Of a stretch of DNA of 64,000 nucleotides, positions 13,201 to 25,200 are shown piece after piece. Every line of letters starts with the position of its first letter. The stretch's first letter is position 1. The position numbers and the translations under genes are program-made. The notes beneath the pieces are model-generated. The model did not search any database, was not told where the DNA came from, and saw nothing but the letters and a program-made list of their open reading frames with translations. Source of the DNA: Carcharhinus amblyrhynchos (Eukaryota). The stretch lies in assembly GCA_965287045.1 (NCBI GenBank), contig OZ336873.1, forward strand, positions 113,398,001-113,462,000, written 5' to 3'.

Positions 13201-16200
13201 AGTGGGGAGCTACTCTAAACCCCACCGGAGTGAGATACTCCTGGCGGGGTGGGGAATGCTATTGGGCTCAGAGAACTCTGTGCCAGAGCCGATTAATCAC
13301 ATTTAAAACACGTTAAAATGACTTAACTCTGTCTCAGCCAGTTCCCAGCGTGGTCACGTCTGTGCCTGCCCTCCAGCCGTGGGAGACACACACGCGTCGG
13401 GAATGCACACACAAACCCGCAAAATGGCCGACATGCGATTCTCCCATCCCAATGCATCGGGATGGGAAAATCCATCCCCCCTCCCTTACCCATGGGTTTT
13501 AGACGTTTGTCACCATGGATGCAAACCGGGTCACAGCAACTGTTCTCTGTAACTGAGCAAGCGAACGGCCTCAGACTGTAGGCACAGAAGTTCCCGTTGT
13601 AATCAATGGGAGATCAGCCAGAGGGGAGAGGCAAGAGTTTTTAACCAGTAAAGTGTGGCCTCGTTCCCCAGTTTTCAAAAGTAGGTTTTTGGTTTCTGGG
13701 GCTGTAGCTCGGTCAGGCACTGCCGGCACAGCGACTCTTCTCTTTAGTGATCCTCTGGTCTGGAATGATGGTCTGGTGAGTGAGGGGTGCAAGGGGAGGG
13801 TGGGGTTCAGTGTTTCGCAGCAGATTCACAATTGTCCCAGGCTCCTTCAAAATATATCAAAATGATAAATCATATTTATAATAGTTTAACAGATGGGTTG
13901 GTGGCATTGCAAACTCAAAGCTGACATCATGAATTCAAAGCAGGGAGTCAATTTTTATTGTAGTTATTGTAATCATGATTGGATGGTTCGATGTCACTTG
14001 AATATTGTAAAGCTGAAGACTGCGTCTTGTTAACTTCCTATTTTTATTAGCTTGCCTTGGCATACTTCCCAGTCAGCAGATTGAGAGCTCAAGTCCAAAT
14101 CCAGAAATTAGAACACATAATGCAGGCTGACATCTCCATGCAAATCTAAGGCCAAATTTACTGCTGGAGGTGCAATTTTTAGATGAGACTTTAGAAGGCC
14201 CCATTTGCATTCTACAGTGGACATAGAAGACCCCATGGCCATATTCAAAACAGAGCAGGAAAGTTCACGTGGTGCCCAAGCCAGTACTTATCCTTCAACC
14301 AACATCAGTTAACCGATTCTCTGGCCATTTATTTCACTGAGAGATTGTGCTGTGTGCAAATTGGCCACCGTGCTGTCATGATTACAGCAGCATACAGTCT
14401 TAAAAGCACTTGATTGGCTTTAAATTATTTCTACTTGCTGATTCCATTTATGTACAGAGTGAAGTCAATAAAACCAGATTGTCTTGAATGTACATCCCAT
14501 TATTACATAGTAAGACACATCCGCTGCTATCACACACTTTCATTACGGTGAATAACATATAGCTATCCAATTTGCTTCAAAGAGAAGAATGACCTTTTTT
14601 GATTAATCTCAATCCATATATTTACTTATCAGATAAAACAATTAACATTCTCTTTTTCCTTTAGGACATGCAGATTCCAAAGTTAGGGACTTGCAATGCG
14701 TTGTTTACAACCTGGAACATATGAACTGTGTATGGCAGAATGGAATGAGTGCACCATATGATATCAAGTACAGACTTTATTACTGGTATGTACCACAGTG
14801 CTGATAGCTCAATAAACCAGGTTCATGTAAAAGAAAGTTGATGCATTGTCACAGGCATCAGAAAACTAACACAGAATTGCTTGTTTTGTTAATGTACCAA
14901 AGAAAGTACAACCAATGTTGTTGGTCAACGATTAAAGGTCAGTAACAGCGACAGTACTTTCTCAAAGGAAGTTGCCCGCAAAGATCTAATGACTTTTGTG
15001 GTGTGGACATTCCCCTTTCTGATGTGGGTTTGAATATGGCACTAGGAAAATGGGATTGGCTAGTATTGAGCAACAGCGATGTCATCATGAAGGGCAAACA
15101 GCCAATCATTTTGGTGGTTTGCAATAGCCACAAACCAGGAAATAAAACACATTTATACCTTCATTTAAACTTTTACAGACAGCAAATTAAATGATTTGGA
15201 GTTGTATATGACATTAAGTCAGAAGCCAAAATATCATAAACTTTTAAAATATAAAGAATTAAAAATGTGATTAGCATCATGACTGGATGGATTTGTAATT
15301 CTACAAATATAAAATTATTTTCTTGGGGGGCCAGAGCGATTTCCCAGCAGTAACTCCAAACTTAACAGTTACACCTCATTCAACAAGAGTTTCTACAATG
15401 GGACTCCTAGTGTAAATGGTCAAGTCCTTGTTAGTTTTGTGAACTCTACTTGATTGCAGTCTTGGGATTGAAATGAGGGGCTTCAAAAGCACAACCATCA
15501 GCATCTTCTAGATTTCTGTGTTTAGCTGCACATGTACAGACTCCAGAAGCTGCTGTCAATTTCACTGGGGTAATGATGTGAACACTAACAGTTTCACTCT
15601 CATTACCACCACAAAACTGGGACCAATTATTAAACAATCAATAGGTATACATCATTAAAGAACAAGTGTGTCTGGAGCAACACTTGCTAGTTAAAGTGAT
15701 TTTCCAGTATTGATGAAATAGCAGAAAACAACGCTATTTAATAAAATATACACTAATTTGAATGTAATCATCTCATATTATAGCACCAAAACAGAATATT
15801 GTTAGTACAGTTTGCTGTGGTGCGTTCTCCAACAGAATAATCTAAGAACAGAGAAATTTACAGCACAGGAACAGGCCCTCCAAGCCTGCACCGACTGTGC
15901 TGCCCAACTGAACTAAAACCCCCTACCCTTCCAGGGACCATATCCCTCTATTCCCATCCTATTCATGTATTTGTCCAGTTGCCCCTTAAAAGTCACTACT
16001 GTATCTGCTTTCACTACCTCCCCGGTCAACGAGTTCCAGGCACTCATCACCCTCTGTGTAAAAAAAAAACTTGCCTCATACATTTAATTTCATTTCAGTT
16101 GCCTGCTAACTGCTCACATCATTTCAGGTTACACTTTACACACAACTATATACTTCGCTTTTTAAAAAGTGAAATAAGCATAACTTCTTTGGGGAAACCA

Positions 16201-19200
16201 AATCACACAATATGCATTCAGGTTGTAACTGTCAGTTACATTTAATAAATTTTATTAATAGTAAATTTATAAACTTGTAGTTGTAATACCAACCTCCATG
16301 ACTGTGAAGTTAAAACAAATACAGACTAAACCTAATGCATCCTTTAAATAAAAGAAATAACCACAATTAAATGACAGCTTGCCCTAATGGTTTTTGTCCA
16401 CCACAAACCCATAATAATTATATATATCTAAATATTTTAGATAAAGACATTCAAAGAGCAAAGAAAATTACAGCACAGGAACAGGCCTTTCGGCTCTCCA
16501 AGCCTGCACCTCGTTCAATTTATATTCAATTTATATTTAACAGACTCTGGTTGCAGCATCTTTTGTTTTTGAAAAGATGACCTGTATGTGAATTTGAGAA
16601 AACTTAAGGAACAGATGGAGCCCTTAGTAGATCTCTGTTAAAATTGTGGAACATGACTGATCAATTAAAAATGCAGCAACAGAATCAAAACATGGGAGAA
16701 GTTCACTGTTTTCGCACGAAAGTGACTATTTTTATTATAAACGTGTCTGTTTGCCAGAGTATTGTGTACATTGTAGAGTTACTGTCTATTACAAAGTTTA
16801 ATATTATCCCATGCCTTGCGCACATAGCTGTAAACTCCATTGTAGTTAATTTATTTTTCAATGTTATCAGGCATGAAGATCTGCAGCACACAATGGAGTG
16901 TGATAATTACATTGAAAATCAGGGGACTAATGTTGGCTGCCATTTTCACAGTGACGATCTCATTGAATTCAGTGATTTCAACATATGCATAAATGGCTCC
17001 TCAGCCATGGGGCCAGTGAGACCAGCATACTACACTTTACAGCTGCAGGATCTAGGTAACATGAGCTCATAGCCTTCAATGAAGGCAACTTATGTTTATT
17101 TTGCAATGTTGTCTCAAAGACAGAGATTTATCTGACTGTATTTGAAAGGCCAAATTCGGTATAAAGTAACACACCCAAAAATGTCTAGCCTCATGTTAAA
17201 ACAAGTGACATTGATCCAAATTAATTAAACAAGCACAGTGCTGTTACACTTTATTGCTGAACTTTGGCTGCCACTCAGCTTGAGATGAGCTAACCTGTTA
17301 GAATCCAGAAAATGGAAAGGTGGGTGAGGGTGGGGAGAGGGGGACAAGGGGGCATGGATAAGGGGGTTGCAAGATGGGTAGGGTGGAGAGGAGAGTAGGG
17401 GGCAGGGTGGGTGGGTGTTAGGGATGTGGGTGTAGGCGGGGCAGGGGAGGGGCGATGTGCTGTGAGGGGGGCACTGAGGCGCGGGGGCGGGGGGTGGTGG
17501 GGAATGGAGCATTGTCAAAAAATTCAATGCTGCCAGTTAGCAATTGAACAATCTGATCTCAACCTCAATCATCAGCAAAGTGATGGAAGGTGTCATTGAT
17601 AGTGTTAGCAAGCTGCACTACCTTCTCATTTATGCTCAACTTGGATTCCAGCAAGAGCGCTTAGCTTCTGACTTTTCATCCTCGGTCCATATATGAACAA
17701 AAGAGATCAATTCAGGAGGTTAGGTGAGAGTGGCTGTCCCTAACATCAAGGTAGCATTTGACCAAATGTGGCATCAAGAAGCCCGAGCAAAACTGGAGTC
17801 AGTTTTGAATCGGGGGGAAAATCTCTCCATTGCTTGGAGCATTAGCCAGTACAAAGGAAGATGGTTGTGGTCATTGGAAGGCAATTATGTCTGTTCCAGG
17901 GCATCTCTGCAGGCTAGAAAGGATATTATTAAACTTGAAAGAGTGCAGAAAAGATTGACTAGGATGCTTCTGGGACTTGATGGTTTGAGTTATAAAGAAA
18001 GGCTGGATAGACTGGGACTGAGGCTGAGGGGTGATCTTATAGAAGTCTATACAATAGTGAGGGACATAGATCAGCTAGATAGTGAATATCTTTTCCCAAA
18101 GGTAAAGGAGACTAAAACTGGAGGGCATAGGTTTAAGGTGAGAGGGAAGAGGTACAAAAGGGTCCAGAGGGGCAATTTTTTCACCCACAGGTGGCGGGTG
18201 TCAGGAACAAGCTGCCAGAGGTAGTAGCAGAGGCAGGTACAAGTTTGTCTTTTCATAAGCGTTTAGACAGTTACATGAAGAAGATGGGTATAAAGGGATG
18301 TGGGCCAAATGCAGGAAATTGGGATTAGTTTAGGAGTTTAAAAAAAGGGTGGCATGGACAAGTTGGGCTGAAAGGTCTGTTTCCATGCTGTAAACCTCTA
18401 TGACTCCGTGACTGTAATTCCCCAAGCTAGTGACCCAAGCCCAACCATCTTTAGCTGCTTCATCCATAACCTATCCTCCAGCATAAGATCAGAAGTGGGG
18501 GTGTTTGTTGATGATTACACAATATTCAGTACTGTTCAGACTTCTCAGGTATCGAAGCAGTGGGTGCCAGTGGTGCAACATGTACTAGCTCATCAGAGAT
18601 GCACGTAACCCATGAAAGAATAATTGATTAAAAAAACTAAAAGCATTGTGGCAACTGCAGAATAGCAAACACTTACTAGTTGCACAGAAACAGAAAACAC
18701 TGGAAAAACTCAACAGATCTGACACCATCTGTGGAGCGAGAATAGAGCCAATGTTTCAGTCAGGATGACTGACGGTATGGTAGCACAGTAGTTAGCACTG
18801 CTGCTTCACAGCTCCAGGGTCCTGGGTTCGATTCCTGGCTTGGGTCACTGTCTGTGTGGAGTTTGCACATTCTCCTTGTGTCTGCGTGGGTTTCCTCCAG
18901 GTACTCCAGTTTCCTCCCACAGTCCAAAGATGTGCAGGGTTAGGTTGATTGGCCATGCTAAGAAATTGCCCCTTAGTATCCAGGGATGCGTAGGTCAGGG
19001 GGATTAGTGGGTATAATATGTAGGGATATGGCGGTAGGGCCTGGGTGGGATTGTGTTCAGCGCAGACTCGATGGGCCGAAGGGCCTCTTTCTGCACTGTA
19101 AGGTTCTACGATCTATGACTCTTTGCCTACTCTCATGGTATTGGTTCTATTCTCTCTTCACAAATGCTGTCAGACCTGCTGAGATTTTCCCACATTTTCT

Positions 19201-22200
19201 GTTTCTGTTTCAGAATGCAGCATCTGCAGTATTTTGCCTCCATATTAAAGTTTTAATAGTTTATTTATTAGTCACAAGTAATGCTTACATTAACACTGCA
19301 ATGAAGTGAAATTCCTCGAGCCTTTACGCATCTTTCAGACTGCGGGAGGAAACCGGAGCACCCGGAAGAAACCCACGCAGATATGGGGAAAATGTGCAAA
19401 CTCCACACAGTGACCCAAGCCGGGAATCGTACCCGGGTACCTGGAGCTGTGAGGCAGCAATGCTAACCACTGTGCCACATTGAGTGGAATCAGTGCAATT
19501 CATGAAGACAGTGGGATTGTGTGAAGGATGATGAGGATACATTCAATGAAGCCTTGTATTTGGGCACAGTGGTTAGCACTGCTGCCTCACAACGCCAAGT
19601 ATACAGTTTGATTCCCAGCTTGGATCACTGTCTGTGTGGAGTTTGCACATTTTCCCCGTGGGTTTCCTCTGGGTGCTCTGGTTTCCTCCCACATTCTGAA
19701 AGATGTGCTGGTTAGGTTCATTGACCTGAACAGGCGCCGGACTGTGGCAACTCGGGGAATTTCACAATAATTTCATTGCAGTATTAATGTCAGCCTTACT
19801 TGTGGCTAATAAAATAAACTTTAACTTCAAAAAAAATGCTTGCAGAGTGCATGCACCCCAGAGCTAGCCCTGCTGTTTCTGAATGTCCACTGGGAAAGTC
19901 ATGCTTTGGCAAAGATGGCATCAGTCACTTCCTAAATGTGAGGATGGACAAAAGAGTAGAGCTGCTTGGATCTTAATCGAATCAGTCGATTTTGTGTTAA
20001 CTGAGCCAGCTGTTTGTACGTCTTGTTGCACCTGGTAGCACAACTCTGTGACAGTTCCCTAAACAGGTTGGGTCTCCTTACACATTGTTCCTCACCAAAC
20101 CGCAAGTATGTTGAGCTGCACCTCTCCATGCTATTTAAAAGTGTGAGGGTTCAGAGCTAACGAGAAGCTAAATACTAAATGAACGTAATTTAACGTAATC
20201 AAATCAGTCATATGAAATGGCCTTTGTAGATGTTTAGCTTTCATTTTGATGCTTGTGACTAAAATTGTTGCACTTTTAGTTAAGGTTGCAGCCCCTGATC
20301 TGATCAACCTGACCTCATCAAGAACAGAAACCATTTATATTCAATGGAAGCCTCCAGTTAGTAAAATCAAGGCTCACTGTCTAAAATATGAAGTACAATT
20401 CCATGGGAAAAGCTCCAACTGGCAGGTATGCAAGTTCATTGCGCGAACAAACAAGTTTCTTGGTGCAATACATTAGATACTCCGAGGCAAGAAGTTTACT
20501 GATTAGTCAATAGGTGTAGGAATCAAAGAATGAGACATGGGCTCTATCCCCCACCATCACCCATCCCGGCCAGTCTCCCAGTGATTATGGCTGTGAAACT
20601 GGTGAACTGAACTTTTAGCCCAGATTCTCCATTCTACACTTCCATTAACTAATACTCTGCACCAATTGCCTCACCTTACAAAAACTTTACAGCACAGAAA
20701 CAGACCATTAAGCATAACTGGTCTGTGACACTGCTTGAGCTCCACTCCAGCCTGCTCCTCCTATCTTGCTTCATGTCACCCTAGCTAAATATTCTTAAAT
20801 TCCTTTTTCTGCATGTACTTACTTCACTTCCCTTTCCCTTGCAAAATAGTCTCCAATTACTTAGCCACTGGAACAGTGTTCAAGAATATTTTGCTGCTTT
20901 CTAAACTGTCTGTCGTTCTTCACTTTTCTTGACTTTAGATGTCAGTGGTTAGCACTGCTGCCCCGCAGTGCCAGGGACCCGGGTTCGATTCCTGGCTTGG
21001 GTCACTGTGCAGAGTTTCCTCCCACAGCCTGAAAGCTGTGCTGATTAGGTGCATTGGTCATGCTAAAATTCTCTCTTGGTGCACCCGAATTTGTGCCCGA
21101 GTAGCGGATTTTCACAGTAACTTCATTGCAGTGTTAATGTAAGCCTACTTGTGACACTAATAAATAAACTTATAAACTTATGATACCTCTTTAGTTGAAA
21201 TTTGATATGGTTCGAGAGGGTATTTTAAGGGACTTTTGGATAAATACATGGAACATAGTAAGATAGAGGGTTATGAGTATGCCTAGTAGGGAGGGACATG
21301 TTCGGCGCAACTTGTGGGCCGAAGGGCCTGTTTGTGCTATAGTTTTTCTATGTTTCTATGAAAAGGATAGCAGTGTAGTTCACACATCCTCTGGCAGTGG
21401 ATCTGATTCCATTTCTCAGTCTACATGGTCCTCTGCTTTAGAAAATAAATACTTCTGACATCTGGATTGACGTGAGTCAATGTCTCAACTTCTACAAAGC
21501 TAGAGCGACCAGCTGCCAAGCTTCAAATGCATTAAACAGGAGTGTCAAATTGGTTGTCTTCTTCCTCCAGCAGCTTTTCCCTGCCAGAGCTGTCTCCTGG
21601 ATTTGACGAATTTATCTACCATCTGTCCTAATGGTTGAGCTGTCAGTTTCTCTTTGAAAAAGTTAACCTTTTTTGGTGTGCTTCTCTGTTTTAATTCCAC
21701 TGGATTGAATGTGTTCTATCATTGCTTTGTATTAAGTTAGTGATCCTGGTGCTAAGTGTAGTGCACTGGCCACTATGCCCCTGGTATGGAGTGGGAAACC
21801 AGCAAGTCTTCCCACTTCAGGTTGCCTACAAGTACACTTGTGAATACCAGATACAAATTGGGCTGGGCTCAGCTGTGATATAGAACAAAGAACAAAGAAA
21901 ATTACAGCAGAGGAGTGGGCCGTTCGGCCCTCCAAGCCTGCACCAGCCATGCTGCCTGACTGAACTAAAATCCCCTATGCTTCTGGGGACCATATCCCTA
22001 GGATTGAACTGGTTATTGTCACAACTCACAAGTGAGAAATGGAAGGTAAACGCATTCCTGGAACTATTCCCTAGAATGTAATCAACCATGAGGAAGGGAT
22101 AGAGAAAATTGTGAGAGAAAAGAATTGTTGCATTTCTTCAATTGGTTCCAACATTATGTCCAATGTTCAGTTTCATTTTTTTATCAGTTCTATAACTTGA

Positions 22201-25200
22201 AAGCAGCAAGGTGCAATATAGTATATCTTGTATCTCTCTCAAGATGTCTGTCTCCTTATTTACCCCCATCTTGTCATTCTTTCTTCCTTCCCATTCCTTC
22301 TCTTTAGAAATATTCACCCTCTCCCTAAGAATGGCCATTATTCTTCTTGTCCTGAAATCTCTATTGCACTTGCATTGGTACTTTCTAAAGCCCTGAAAAT
22401 GCTGCTAATTGTCACCATTGGAACAATTTTTCGAATTGGCCAATTTGTTGGTGATCTAATAAAAATCAAAGCAGAGTAACAACAGAAATTGTTGGAAATG
22501 CACAAGGCATGTATTGGCATCAATAAAGGAAAAAGCAAGAACATAAGAAATAGGAGCAGGAGTAGGCCATCCAGCCCTTCGAGCCTGCCCCGCCATTCAA
22601 TAAGATCATGGCTGATCTGTCGTGGCTCAGTTCCACATTCCCGCCCTCTCCCCATAACCCTTAATCCCCTTGCCTATCAAAAACCTATCAACCTGCGTCT
22701 TAAATATATTTAGCGAGGCAGCCTCCACCACTTCAATGGGCAGAGAATTCCAGAGATTCACCACCCTTTGAGTGAAGAAGTTCCTCCTCAACTCTGTTCT
22801 AACCCCCCCCCCCACTTTATCTTGAGGTTGTGCCCTCTAGTCCTACTGTCCTTTCTGAGCGGGAAGAGCCTCTCCACCTCTATCCTATCCATCCCATTCA
22901 TCATTTTATATGTCTCGATGAGATCTCCCCTCATTCTTCTAAACTCTAACAAGTACAAGCCTAGTTTATTTAGCCTCTCCTCATAGTTCAACCCCCTCAA
23001 CTCTGGTATCAGCCTAGTAAACCTCCCCTGCACTCCCTCCAAGGCCAAAATATCCTTGCGTAAGTGCGGCGACCAAAACTGCACACAGTACTCCAGCTGC
23101 GGCCTCACCAGTGCCCTGTACAGGTGCAGCAAGACCTCCCTACTTTTATATTCAATCCCCCTCGCTATGAAGGCCAGCATCCCATTCGCCTTCCTGACCA
23201 CCTGCTGCACCTGCAGGCTGGGTTTTTGCGACTCATGCACAAGGACCCCGAGGTCCCTCTGCACCGTCGCATGCTGCAGTTTTTCGCCATGTAAGTAATA
23301 GTCCTTCCTACCATTATTCCTACCAAAGTGGACAACTTCACACTTGCCAACATTAAATTCCATTTGCCAGTTCTTGGCCCATTCGCCCAGCCTATCTAGA
23401 TCCTTCTGCAGACTCTCCACACCCTCCGCACAATTTGCCGTTCCACCAATCTTGGTGTCATCAGCAAATTTCGACACCATACACTGGGTTCCCTCCTCCA
23501 GATCATCTATATAAATGGTAAATAGCTGAGGCCCCAGCACCGACCCTTGGGGCACTCCACTAGTCACCAACCGCCAATCCGAATAGCACCCGTTAACCCC
23601 CACTCTCTGCCTCCTATTTGACAGCCAGTCCCCTATCCACGCTAACACCCTACCCCCAACTCCATACCCCCTGACCTTCTGTAACAACCTCTTGTGTGGC
23701 ACCTTATCAAACGCCTTCTGAAAATCAAAAAACACCACATCCACTGGCTCACCTCTATCCACCGCCCTAGACACATCCTCATAGAACTCCAATAAATTTG
23801 TCAGACACGACTTCCCCTTAACGAAACCTTGCTGTGTCTGCTCTATCAAGCAATTCCCCTCAAGATGCCTTGCTATTTTCTCCTTGATCACGGACTCTAA
23901 CATTTTACCTACAACAGACGTTAAACTAACCGGCCTATAATTCCCTGCCTTTTGCCTGCCACCCTTCTTAAACAACAGCATAACATTAGCCGTTTTCCAA
24001 TCTTCCGGCACTTACCCGGAATCCAGCGACGTCTGGAAAATAACCACCAAGGCATCCACTATCACCTCCGCCATTTCTTTCAGAACCCTTGGATGCATTC
24101 CATCCGGTCCTGGGGACTTGTCCACAATCAGTCCCTCCAGTCTTTCGAGCACTGCCTCTCTAGTAACAATAATGTCATTCAGGCCCTCCACTCCTACCAT
24201 CTTTCCATCGCTAACACCCGGCAAGTTATTCACGTCCTCCTCCGTGAAGAACGAAACAAAAGTTATTCAAGGCCTCAGCCATTTCCCCATCCCCTACCAC
24301 TAAGTCCCCCCTCTCATCCTCTAAGGGTCCAATGTTCACCCTAGTCAGCCTCTTCCTTTTTATATATTTATAAAAACTCTTGCTATCCTTTTTTATATGA
24401 AGTGCTAGCCCAGCTTCATAGTTTCTCCTACCCTTCTTTATCAACTTCTTTGTCATTCTTTGTTGATATTTAAACCTCTCCCAATCCTCTTCTCGCCCAC
24501 TACTCTTAGCTACTCTAAACGTTTCAAGGTTAACGTTTCAATGGTAAATCCTTTGTTGGATCAGGAATATAGCAACATGTCATTGGAAATATTTTCAATT
24601 GTGTGCTATTTCTATGCTTGAAAGTGTATTTAAAAAAAAACTATGCTTTGTTTCCAGTCTAAAATAATTCCTGACCCTGTTACCTCGACAACTCTGAATA
24701 TGACAGCTAATGCAATGTATTGTGTCCGTGTGAGAGCAACTGTTAATATGTTCTGTGCTGATGAGAGCATTTGGAGTGATTGGAGCTCTATCCGCTGCTT
24801 AACAGGTATGTTCACCACTTAAAGAATCGAGTGTAAAGTTTATTTATTAGACCCAAGTAGGCTTACGTTCACACTGCAATGAAGTTACTGTAAAAATCCC
24901 CTCATCGCCACACACCTGTTCAGGTACGTTGAAGGAGAATTTAGCATGGCCAATGTACCTAGCCTGCACATCTTTAGACTGTGGGAGGAAACTGAAGCAT
25001 CCAGAGGAAACACGCGCAGACATAGGGAGAATGTGCAAACTCCACACAGACAGTGACCCAAACTGGGAATTGAACCCGGGTCCCTGGCGCTGTGAGGCAA
25101 CAGTGCTAAGCACTGTGCCACCGTGCGCCTTATCTAATGGGTGTATGTGAGAATTCGGTAACAAGTCATAAAACGAATGCAAATCTTTACAATTAGTTTC

